NCBI GenBank assembly: GCA_045595165.1
Contig: JAZNZY010000019.1
Span: 11,884-75,883 of the forward strand
Direction of reading: 5' to 3'
Origin: Eubacteriales bacterium
GTDB lineage: Bacteria; Bacillota; Clostridia; Oscillospirales; CAG-382
DNA: 64,000 nt
A model generated the notes under the pieces. The model was not told where the DNA came from, ran no database searches, and worked only from the letters and a program-made list of their open reading frames with translations. The position numbers were made by a program, and so were the translations under genes. This document shows positions 44,636 to 54,100 of this stretch, piece by piece. Position 1 is the first letter of the stretch. Every line of letters starts with the position of its first letter.

Positions 44636-46519
44636 ATGGCAACAAAAAAGAAGGTTTTCGATGCTGAAAATCAATCTGCGATAAGCGTTATAGACCCGCT
44701 TTATAAAAAATATGTAAAAAGTGTTGTACGCGCTCTCGGAACCACTGAATTTTACGAATATTTTATGGAGTCTGTTGCCCAAGCCGAAAACGAAATTCAG
44801 TTTTCCAACAGACGAATGGAAAAGCTTGTTGATACAAGCTGGATCGATGCAATAGAAAGCGCATTGACCGGATTCCAGAATATTATCGCATCTCCCCGTA
44901 ACGTTATCCGCGAAGACGAGCTTATCGTTAACGTGGCGAACGCCAAAAAAACGGGAAGCGACGTTGTGCGCCATCTGGCTGTCCACACCTCTTTGGTTGA
45001 AGATTTCAACGAGGAAAGCGGCGACGTGCGCCCCAGCAAGCTTATGCAAAAATACCGCGAGGACTCTATCGGACAGGTGTATGAAAACCGCGTGGTTTTC
45101 ACAACGCTTGAAATGGCGTTTCAGTTTGTAAAGATACGCCACGATGCGCTTTTCGAAGCGATGAGCGATGAGTTCGGTGCGAAGCTTAAGGTAAAAACCG
45201 ATATGACAAGCTCAAACGAGGTTGTTCATATGGATACGTTCATTCACATACGTGACGTAGACAGTGCGCTGGATACGGATGATAAAAACCGTGATGTTTT
45301 CGAGCGTATTTCAAGGCTTTACCGTATTTTGTCCACCAATATGAATTCTCATTTTGCAAGACATATGGCTAAGTATCCCAGGGTAAAGGGTACGGTAACC
45401 AAAACGAACGTTTTAAAGAAAAACAAGAACTACCACGCAATAATGGAATTGATGGAGTTTCTCAAGGGCTACGGCGATATCGGATACACCATAAAGATCA
45501 TAGAGCAAAATCCGGTAGTCGATGAGAATTTCCAAAAAGATATTTTCCATAACGTTCTGTTCAATTATCTTGTATTGAAGGGACATTTGGAGCGTGATAA
45601 GGACAGACGTCTGCCTGCTCCGGTTAAAGAGAAAAAACGTTCTCTTAAGCCTAAGTTTATAAAAGAGATCATTGAAGAGCTTACGGAAGATTACGATCTT
45701 CCCGATATTGAGATACGCAAGGTCCTCATAGAGGAGCTGACAAAAGAACAGCTTATGCGTGAGGAAGCGGCAGAGCGCCGCCGTCTTGTTGAAGAGCAGG
45801 AAAAACGCAAAAAAGAAGAAGAACAGCGTATCAAGCGGGAAAAAGAAGAAGAAAAAGAACGCCTGCGCCGAGAAAAAGAAGAAGAAAAAGAGCGTTTGCG
45901 TTTGGAAAAAGAAGCGGAGCGTCAAAAACAGCTTATCGAGCGTATGGAGCGCGAGCAGGAAGACAGACGCAGAAGCAAGCTGTTCAGAAAAGAGCTTGAG
46001 CATTTCGCAAAGTATTTTGAGGAAAGATTGCAGGAACGTTCGGAAAAGCAGCAGCTGGAAACCGTGGCTCGTCAGGATTTCGAAGACGCCGCATATATTC
46101 TGGAGGAAACCGAACGGCTCAAGCAGGAAGAGCTTGAAAGAGCAAGGATCCGCCGCCGCGAAGAGCGTGAGCGTCAGCAGCAGGAGGAATTCGAAGCGCG
46201 TCAGAAGGCGTTGGAAGAGGAAGCCGAGCGTCAGGCAAAGCTTCGTCGGGAACAACGCGAAGCAGAAGAGCGGCTGAAGCTGCAGCTTGAGGAGCAGGAA
46301 GAAGCCGCCCGTATAGAAAAGCATATGCAGGATCTGCTGGCTGTTGAATCCTATGCTCGTGTGATTTCCGATTTCCAAAAGAATCTCTCTGCACGTATGA
46401 AGCTCAGAACCGATCTTGCGGAAAGACAGTTGTCCGAACAGCGTGCCCGCGAAGACGAACGCCGCAGGATTATTGATGCCCGTTCAAAGAATCGCAACAG
46501 GAGAATGAGCAAAAGATGA
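44636..46519 (+). CDS. 627-aa protein: globular N-terminal domain (tentatively McrC/DUF2357-like, no nuclease motif seen) plus ~280-aa E/K/R-rich coiled coil
   Basis: Follows the AAA+ gene after a 33-nt gap. The C-terminal half is 'EEQEKRKKEEEQRIKREKEEEKERLRREKEEEKERLRLEKEAERQ...', with imperfect DNA repeats at about 45836-45915. Its stop overlaps the next ATG (ATGA). Confidence 0.5.
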   Translation: MATKKKVFDAENQSAISVIDPLYKKYVKSVVRALGTTEFYEYFMESVAQAENEIQFSNRRMEKLVDTSWIDAIESALTGFQNIIASPRNVIREDELIVNVANAKKTGSDVVRHLAVHTSLVEDFNEESGDVRPSKLMQKYREDSIGQVYENRVVFTTLEMAFQFVKIRHDALFEAMSDEFGAKLKVKTDMTSSNEVVHMDTFIHIRDVDSALDTDDKNRDVFERISRLYRILSTNMNSHFARHMAKYPRVKGTVTKTNVLKKNKNYHAIMELMEFLKGYGDIGYTIKIIEQNPVVDENFQKDIFHNVLFNYLVLKGHLERDKDRRLPAPVKEKKRSLKPKFIKEIIEELTEDYDLPDIEIRKVLIEELTKEQLMREEAAERRRLVEEQEKRKKEEEQRIKREKEEEKERLRREKEEEKERLRLEKEAERQKQLIERMEREQEDRRRSKLFRKELEHFAKYFEERLQERSEKQQLETVARQDFEDAAYILEETERLKQEELERARIRRREERERQQQEEFEARQKALEEEAERQAKLRREQREAEERLKLQLEEQEEAARIEKHMQDLLAVESYARVISDFQKNLSARMKLRTDLAERQLSEQRAREDERRRIIDARSKNRNRRMSKR

Positions 46520-47844
46520 ATAAAACACTCCTAAAGCTGATAGCCGTCGTTATGGCGTTGATAATTTCGGTAGTTATGGTCGTTACCATCAGTTATGCGT
46601 GGACGACTATTTCCACCGCGCCTATCGCTGAAGGAATACAGATCACTATCGGAGGCGGCAACACTATTATGATGGCGCCCGATATTTCCAAAACTGTAGA
46701 CGGTACAACGTTTCATTATCCCGGATTTTTTGATGATACGTTGAACTTTTCTCAGTATGAGCAGTATGATTATTTAAAGCAAGTAAGCGCACTTTCGCCC
46801 GTTTCCACGGCTGACGGAATAAATTGGTTTATTCCGGAATATTACGATATTCTTGATGAGGCTGTTATTAACGGAACCGCTTGCGTTGGCGAAGGTAAGC
46901 CGATTACCGAATTCACTTTGGATGATCTGCTGGAATATGCAAATCTCACCGAGAAAAAGGATAAAGACGGACATTATATTTATCTTGATTTCTGGGTTGT
47001 TTCTCCCGGCTCGGATTGTACGCTCCGCGTATCCGAGGGAGATGAAAACGGAGGAAGCTATTTACTTGAGCTTATGGCTCCCACGTTGAATGCTGACGGC
47101 AGCTTTGCGCTTGACTCCACCTCCGGAACCACTGCCGCTTCTGCGCGGGTAGGATTTCTTGTTGATCCGGATTACGTTACTGATAATACCATGCTGTATT
47201 ATCAGCAGAGTTATACCTACAAGGAACAGTATCAAAGATTAAGGGGCTCTTACGGTGAGCGCGGCAGCAAGTGGTATTCAAGCGAATATAATTTTACTAT
47301 TTATGAGCCCAACGGAGATCTTCATCCCAACGGCGGGAATGATACCTATGTCATCACTTCTCCTTTGGGATATTCAGACGGGCAAATAGTTCTTGCCGAT
47401 ATCCGCGATTCCCTTGCGGTACAGCTTAAAAACAGTTGGAAAACCGCATCGAGCGCGGGAATAGGTATTGAAGAAGTGTTCCAAACCGCTATTGCGGGCA
47501 AGAATATTAATTCCGAAGCCGAGGCGAAGGACGCCCTCTATAATAAATATCTCCAAGGTAATTTTATACCTTATGTAACAAAAGGAAGCTTTGTTACCAA
47601 CACAGAAGATTTATACAGCTATTATGCCAGCGGAAATATAGTTGATACAGATGAAATGAGTTCTTTGGGGCTCAGCGGCGCTGCCGAGAGCACTTATATC
47701 GTTAAGCTGGAAAAAAACGTACCCCAAAGAATCAGAATGTTCGTTTGGATCGAAGGACAGGATGTGGATTGTACCGGGGCTGAGGCGGTTGATTTTGCAA
47801 TCAGCATAGAACTTGCCGGAAGCACTCAGGATATATATGAATAA
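46516..47844 (+). CDS. TasA-like-family subunit (442 aa) with SipW-cognate-type N-terminus
   Basis: 'LIAVVMALIISVVMVVTISYAWTTISTAPIAEGIQITIGGG'. C-terminal 'IRMFVWIEGQDVDCTGAEAVDFAISIELAG'. Confidence 0.6.
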   Translation: MNKTLLKLIAVVMALIISVVMVVTISYAWTTISTAPIAEGIQITIGGGNTIMMAPDISKTVDGTTFHYPGFFDDTLNFSQYEQYDYLKQVSALSPVSTADGINWFIPEYYDILDEAVINGTACVGEGKPITEFTLDDLLEYANLTEKKDKDGHYIYLDFWVVSPGSDCTLRVSEGDENGGSYLLELMAPTLNADGSFALDSTSGTTAASARVGFLVDPDYVTDNTMLYYQQSYTYKEQYQRLRGSYGERGSKWYSSEYNFTIYEPNGDLHPNGGNDTYVITSPLGYSDGQIVLADIRDSLAVQLKNSWKTASSAGIGIEEVFQTAIAGKNINSEAEAKDALYNKYLQGNFIPYVTKGSFVTNTEDLYSYYASGNIVDTDEMSSLGLSGAAESTYIVKLEKNVPQRIRMFVWIEGQDVDCTGAEAVDFAISIELAGSTQDIYE

Positions 47845-48559
47845 AGACAAAAATATTCGAAACAAGATAATATCAGCGATCGTATCAGTACTTTTGGTGG
47901 CATCTGTTTTTGTCTGCCTTTTTGTGGTTATTCAGGTGTTGAGTAACGGATACGTTTCTATCGGCGGCTACAGCTTTTTTAAGGTCGTAACCGGAAGTAT
48001 GGAGCCCGAAATACCCGTAGGGGCGCTTATTCTTTCCAAAGAAACGGAAATGAATGATATTGAGGTCGGTGAGGTTGTCTGTTTTCGGTCAAAATCACCG
48101 GATATGTTTGGCAAGATAATTACTCACAGAGTAATTGAAATTGTCAACGCAGAGGACAATACATTACAGTTTATTACCAAGGGAGATGCCAATCTTTCGC
48201 TTGACGGATACTATGTTTCACAGCAGAATTTGATCGGCAAAGTAGTATGGCAATCGGGAAGCGGCAAGCTTTCGGGTATTTTAAACTTCCTGTCCAATAA
48301 GTTTGGTTTTCTTTCCTGCATAGCTTTCCCCGCACTGCTTATATTGACACTTATACTTCGTGATAACGTTAAAACAATGCAACGGGATATTAAGAGAATA
48401 TCCGAGCAGTTGGAAACACGGGAAACAGCATCGGGCTCGAATACGCCTGAGAACGGTACGAAAACCGAAAATTATGAACAAATGCGCGCTAGGATACGCG
48501 CCGAGCTTATTGAGGAGCTGAATCAAATTGACAAATCAGAACAACCGAAACAGCAATAG
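47837..48559 (+). CDS. sipW: SipW-type signal peptidase I, third copy (240 aa) with C-terminal TM
   Basis: 'VVTGSMEPEIPVGALILSK', 'ITHRVI', 'KGDANLSLD'. C-terminal TM span (FGFLSCIAFPALLILTLIL). Start set at ATG 47837, overlapping the upstream stop by 8 nt. Confidence 0.8.
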   Translation: MNKDKNIRNKIISAIVSVLLVASVFVCLFVVIQVLSNGYVSIGGYSFFKVVTGSMEPEIPVGALILSKETEMNDIEVGEVVCFRSKSPDMFGKIITHRVIEIVNAEDNTLQFITKGDANLSLDGYYVSQQNLIGKVVWQSGSGKLSGILNFLSNKFGFLSCIAFPALLILTLILRDNVKTMQRDIKRISEQLETRETASGSNTPENGTKTENYEQMRARIRAELIEELNQIDKSEQPKQQ

Positions 48560-50465
48560 CTCGTTACCGGGTTCGTTCAACCTTTTAAAGGTTTTACAAA
48601 AGAGAATATTGTGGCGCGCTGCGCTGGTTGTGCTTACCGTTGTTCTTACTGTCGTGTTGGTGTTTGCCCTTACGGTAGCGTGGCACACCAACGTGGTTCA
48701 AACGGGAGGACTTACGTTTTCTGCCGAAACCTGGAATTTTAAAGGCGAGATCACTTTGGACGAAAGTTCCTTCAATATCGCCCCCGGGGACAGCGGCGTT
48801 GTTTCTATGTCCTTTAAAAACGAGAGTGCTTCTCTCGTAGCCGCAAGCGTTACCGTTTCAAAAGATCAGCTTGCGCAAGCGGCTTTGAAATCCAAGCTGT
48901 TTTTTTACATAGATACTTCTGTGACAAGAAACGGCGAAAACGTAGAGAAGGTTTATATAAACAAATCAAACAGCTATACTTACGTAGCTTTTCCCTACAG
49001 CGAGCTTGACCTTAACGAAGGCACCAACAATGCGCCTATCCTTAAATGGGAATGGGTGTACGATCAGCTTGGCTATTATGTGCTTGGCACCGCTACCAAC
49101 AACGGCGGCGTAACAGTGGAAGAGTATATTCGTCCTATCGAATATGAATATGACGAAATGAAAACCACATTCGATGCAAACGGAAATCTCTTGACTGTTG
49201 ACGGCACCACTACTGCGAATGATTTTATTGAGTTGTTTTCCGCAACGGACGGATATGCAGGCGTTATCGACGTAACGAAAAAGACGGCAGGCGGGTATTA
49301 TCCTGTAGCTGTAAATGAAGGCGGATACGGCGTGTGGGCATATCTTTGTACCTACAGCGAGATACAGACAAGTGCTGCCGAGGATACCGATTGGGGTACA
49401 AACAACGTTTCGTTGGGCAACGTACGTGTTACCGTTACAGGCGTTAACAGCAAGGAAAAAGGCACGTTTGTAAGCACGGAGGCGGACTTTATTTCTGCTT
49501 TAAACAGCGGAGGAATAAGCGTTGTTACTCTGGCAAATGATATTACACTTACTCAGCCTATAGTTTTAACGGATTCTTCCGTTACTATGATAGATTTAGG
49601 CGGCTATAAGCTGACTTCAAGCGCACTTACTATAATAGATGCCAATCCCGGTTCGTCGGTAATGGTGTACAACGGCGATATCGAGGGCGCAGGTCAGGCG
49701 GCGTCTGCCGTAACAGCTGACGGTGCCAACGTGATATTGAATTCCGTGGATATTACCAACGTGGGCGAAGGAATTGAGGTTTTTGACTATCTCAATGATT
49801 TGGGAAGCGATTCCAACGTGCATCTTACCGATTGCACCATAACCGCTTTTGAAGACGGATTGTGGATCAAAGCAAACGGTGCAGATTCTGAGAAAAATGC
49901 TCAGATTACTATAGAAAATTGTACTATCGTCGGTGAAAAATATTCGGGTATCCTTTGCAACGGAACTTATTACGGAGTTGATATCAACATAACCTCGGGT
50001 TCGAAAATCACGGGATACTATGCGGGGATTTATTTCCCGGCAAAGGACAGTACCCTTAACATTCAGGACAGTACAGCCGAAGGGAAAAACGGTATTGTTG
50101 TTAAGGGCGGATTTGTAAACGTAGTAAATTCCACCGTCAAGGGCACCGGAACAACCCCCGAGGCACTTCCCGATGATCCGAGCAAGCTGCCGTTAAGCGG
50201 ATGGACAGAAACCTGCGACGGCATATATCTTGAAGCTAACTATACGGGCTGGGAAACAAAAGTTACCGTTTCCGGTGATAATACCGTTGTTACCAGCGTT
50301 TCCGGCTTGGCGGTCAGACAGTATCCCATAGGTGAGGGGTATCAGGCGACCCTTACCGTAAGCGGCGGTACTTACAGCAGCGATGTTACCGAGTATCTTG
50401 ATCCCGATGGCGGTTATACATGCAACAAGATCAATGAGTCGGAATACAAGGTTTCGGTTCAATAA
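48528..50465 (+). CDS. 645-aa protein: signal-anchor with TasA-like N-terminal region plus right-handed beta-helix C-terminal domain
   Basis: The only plausible start is TTG 48528 (GAGGAG 10 nt upstream), inside the 3' end of the sipW-3 gene. 'VVLVFALTVAWHTNVVQTGGLTFSAETWNF', and 'PGDSGVVSMSFKNES' resembles camelysin. C-terminal turns such as 'VILNSVDITNVGEGIEV', 'VHLTDCTITAFEDGLWI' and 'ITIENCTIVGEKYSGIL' look like PbH1-type repeats. Confidence 0.55.
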   Translation: MTNQNNRNSNSSLPGSFNLLKVLQKRILWRAALVVLTVVLTVVLVFALTVAWHTNVVQTGGLTFSAETWNFKGEITLDESSFNIAPGDSGVVSMSFKNESASLVAASVTVSKDQLAQAALKSKLFFYIDTSVTRNGENVEKVYINKSNSYTYVAFPYSELDLNEGTNNAPILKWEWVYDQLGYYVLGTATNNGGVTVEEYIRPIEYEYDEMKTTFDANGNLLTVDGTTTANDFIELFSATDGYAGVIDVTKKTAGGYYPVAVNEGGYGVWAYLCTYSEIQTSAAEDTDWGTNNVSLGNVRVTVTGVNSKEKGTFVSTEADFISALNSGGISVVTLANDITLTQPIVLTDSSVTMIDLGGYKLTSSALTIIDANPGSSVMVYNGDIEGAGQAASAVTADGANVILNSVDITNVGEGIEVFDYLNDLGSDSNVHLTDCTITAFEDGLWIKANGADSEKNAQITIENCTIVGEKYSGILCNGTYYGVDINITSGSKITGYYAGIYFPAKDSTLNIQDSTAEGKNGIVVKGGFVNVVNSTVKGTGTTPEALPDDPSKLPLSGWTETCDGIYLEANYTGWETKVTVSGDNTVVTSVSGLAVRQYPIGEGYQATLTVSGGTYSSDVTEYLDPDGGYTCNKINESEYKVSVQ

Positions 50466-50497
50466 CCAAAGCGTTTTTACACCAAGGAGAGGGAGTT

Positions 50498-51148
50498 ATG
50501 AAGCGAAAATTTAATATTCATACCCTTCTCGCGCTTTTTTGCACAGTTGCTGTTGCGGGATGTGCTCTGTGTTCCATAAATATCGCATACGGAAGATACA
50601 GCACCACAATAACCAACGATATAGGGTTTAAAGCTTCGCTCCCGCCGGAGGTTTATCTGGTTCAGACCGATTCGGAAAGCAGCAGAGTGGAGTTTACTCC
50701 CCAGTGGCAGACGGTGGGCGGCGAAAAATGCCTCTCGTTTTCGCTCAGTAATTATGATATAGACGATGAAGTTGCTCCCAAGCAGGATATAACCGTGCGT
50801 ATTCGGGTTTTCGTGCCCGAAACATCCGCTGAAGCAGGGGATGATAATGTTGCTGTTGCGAACGTTATGAGAACTCTCGCTTTTACTCTTCACATCGGCG
50901 AGGAAGCGGCTTCATACAGCTCGAGTATGGACTATTTAAGCGAACAAACTCCTATGTATATGGAGAATGTCAGCAATACAGATGTAGAAAACGGCGGTTG
51001 GATATATAGTTTTCATACCGCTGCAATGCAGGAAGTATCCGTAGTTTTGCCGGGTGGCGAATTAACGGATATACCAATTACAATAACGGTTGCGGATACG
51101 GACACAGACACTTCTGATTTTGTGATTTGTGTTGATAGAATCAAGTAA
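50498..51148 (+). CDS. Small secreted protein/lipoprotein of the locus (216 aa)
   Basis: The signal 'LLALFCTVAVAGCALCSINIAYGRYSTTITND' could be a lipobox (VAGC) or a SipW-type signal (IAYGRYS). GGAGAGGGAG RBS. Confidence 0.45.
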   Translation: MKRKFNIHTLLALFCTVAVAGCALCSINIAYGRYSTTITNDIGFKASLPPEVYLVQTDSESSRVEFTPQWQTVGGEKCLSFSLSNYDIDDEVAPKQDITVRIRVFVPETSAEAGDDNVAVANVMRTLAFTLHIGEEAASYSSSMDYLSEQTPMYMENVSNTDVENGGWIYSFHTAAMQEVSVVLPGGELTDIPITITVADTDTDTSDFVICVDRIK

Positions 51149-51191
51149 TATTCGTTAGTTATTGCCTTCATTGTTATAAGGAGACAGGCTT

Positions 51192-54100
51192 ATGAAAGAA
51201 ACACAAAAAAGGATAATGGAATACAACTTTAAGCTCCCGAAGCTTAAAGAAAAGGTAATAGCGGTTGCCTTGCTACTCGCCGTATCTGCATCTATGCTTG
51301 TTACGGTTTCTTTTGCATGGCTTTCTATCTCTATCAACCCCGCAGTACAAGGTGTTAATACCACTGTTGCGGCGAACGGTAACCTGGAGATCGCTCTTGC
51401 AACGGGCTCCGCGGCTACTATAACTGCGCCCGGCGAGTCCAAGGTAGGGGATAGCAATCTGCCTATTCTTGAGCGTAACCTTACCTGGGGTAACCTTGTC
51501 AACCTGGCGGATGCATCTTACGGTCTTTCCCAGATGACCCTTCGCCCCGCAAAGCTTAATGAGTTTGAACTTGCAACCAACCCTTTGTATGGACCCGTTT
51601 ACGATGAAGACGGACGAGTTGTTAAACTTAATACAAACTTTGGTTATTCTATGTGGGACACTAAAACCATGGTGTTTGAACATACTGATAAACTGGGTGT
51701 TCGCTCTATAACCTCAATGATATACGGCACGACCGGTACAGCTACTATGTACAGGAACAGGCTTGACGAGGTGAACAGTAAAAACGGTATTTTGCAGAGT
51801 AAATATACCGCTCTGGCAAACAATTCCAACCATATGAACGCTCTTACCGACGTAATGGTTGGTTATATGCTTCATGCTTTCAGAACCGGCGGTTCTTCTG
51901 TTGCCGGTTTGGTAAGCGAAGCTAATTTTACAAGGACTCAACTTCAGAACTTTAAAGTTTTATATGAAGATTTTGCAGAAGTATTGGCAGAGCAAGCTCA
52001 GGTTTATGCGGATTTTCTTAATTTACAGGCGGAAATACAGGCGTACATACAGGAAAAAAATGGCCAAGAGCCGATTTCTATTACTATTACTGCAGAGGAA
52101 ATCCTTTCTTTATCCTATGGCAGCAATGCCGCAGCTAATGCAGTGAAGAATAAGGGCTTTACCGCAATTTCCGGCGGATTTATCAATGAATTGGATTCTT
52201 ATTTGACCGATTACAATATAGTTGTGTCCGATATAGATAATATTCAGGGAATAATCGATGCAATGACCAGAACGTCTGTTAGCTGGCCTGATGCAAAATA
52301 TACCAACAGTGCAGGCGTTTCCGTTTCCTTGGAGGATATAGTTAACCGATTTGCTGTTTTGGGAACCTGCAAGGTTTATATTCCCAACGATAATGTGACA
52401 AAAGACGTTTCAGCATTTACCGGCGCCAGCACCGTAATGCTGTTGACGGACGAAGATTATATTGATATAACCATTACAAACGGTCTTTTGAAGAATTTTG
52501 AAAACCGTAACGGTGCGAGATTAAAAGCAGAAGGAATCCCTTTGCAAATGTCCGCCGCAGGACAGACTGTTGACGTAGAAGCGACCGTACAAACCAACGC
52601 GAACAAAAACCTTTTTGGCGCAGAAGCAAGTAATCTCGCTGCAACGATAACGTCAGAGATCGGCGCACCTACCCTTGTCCCCAGCGATACTTACGGTCTT
52701 GCTATAGACTTTTGGGTGAGAACAAACGCTTCCGGCGGATATCTTACCCTGCAGGGTAACGTGCTTACCGTGAAAAATGAAGTTGAAGTTACCGGTATAG
52801 ATAAAAACGGCGATACCGTAAATATTTATACTCTTTCCCGCGAATCGACACAGGAAGTAGAGGGCGAAAACGGCGAAACTTCTACAGAAACTTATACTCA
52901 GACATATGACCTTTATTGGTTGGAGGAAGAGGTTACTGCAGAAGACGGTTCTACCACTAAAGAAACCGTTTGGTATAACGCTGTCACCCATTCCAGATTT
53001 GAGCTTCAGGATGGCGAAAACCCCAGACAAAAGATAGAAACTGTTGAAACTGTCATCGGCTATGAGGGAGACAACCGCGTTTGGGAGGGCGACGAGCACG
53101 CTATCCTCTCCGTAAACAGCACTACTCAGGGCAGCGGCAGCTGTTACGTATACTATGCAGATACTCCCGAAGATCAGGCACGAAGCCTTGAGCTTCTCAA
53201 GTATATGAAGGTCGCTTTCATTGATGTAGAGGGCAATCTTCTTGCGAAGGCGTATATGGATACGGAGCGTCACTATGCGGCAAACGGTAAGGTTACCGTG
53301 CCTATGGTGCTTGAAAACGACAGTATCAATATCGGCACAAACGACGAAGGCGAAGCAGTGTTTGCCATCACTCCGCTGGAGAAGAACACACCTATGCTGG
53401 TCACCGCCCTCGTTTATCTTGACGGCGATAACCTTACAAACGATTACGTTCTCGCTTCTTCCGATATAGACGGTCAGCTTAATATCCAGTTTGGCAATAA
53501 CCAGCTTTTGAAGCCTATCGATAACGAAACCTTGTACAATGCTGAAATGAGCATTTCCGCCACAGTATCTCCCACCGAGTTTAATTATGATGACGGAACG
53601 GAAATGAAGAGCAGCGTTGCGGTTACGATTGAGGGCTATGAGCCTAATACCGTAGAGGCATTCTTCGTCCGCGCTATCAACGCCCAGACCGGTGCAAAAG
53701 AAGAAAAATTCGCACTTAACGATGCGGATGGCGACGGTGTATGGACATCTAATTACGAATTTATGTATCCCGGAACGTATTTGCTCCGCAGCGTTACTAT
53801 CGACGGTATCGAGCGCGAGCTTACCCTGGCAGAGGGAGAATCCTTCCCTACGGTAACCGTAAAGGGTTTTGATATACGAAACGTAACTTATAATATTAAC
53901 CCCACCGTGTTCAGCGTTAACAATTCATATACCGGCTCGGTAAGCCTGCAATTTGTTGCAGACGATCCCGCTAAGATGCCTCAAAAGGTAATGGGAAGAT
54001 TTATCCGTGAAGACGGCACCACCGTTAACGTAAACTTTGTTTATGATGCAACTACCCACGTCTGGACGGGTAATGCTACCTTCGTTTCCTCCGGCGTGTA

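Noticed and set aside
45413-46378. 321-aa minus-strand ORF rich in F/L
   Set aside because: It is the complement of the GAA/AAG-rich coiled-coil region of the 44636-46519 gene, so it is a compositional artefact.
43023-46519. Calling this pair a conventional McrBC restriction system
   Set aside because: The AAA+ protein has a TM anchor instead of a DNA-binding N-domain. I see no PD-(D/E)xK nuclease motif in the partner, which instead carries a ~280-aa coiled coil. Both genes are translationally embedded in the fibre operon. The idea is kept as an alternative hypothesis in the findings rather than as a feature call.
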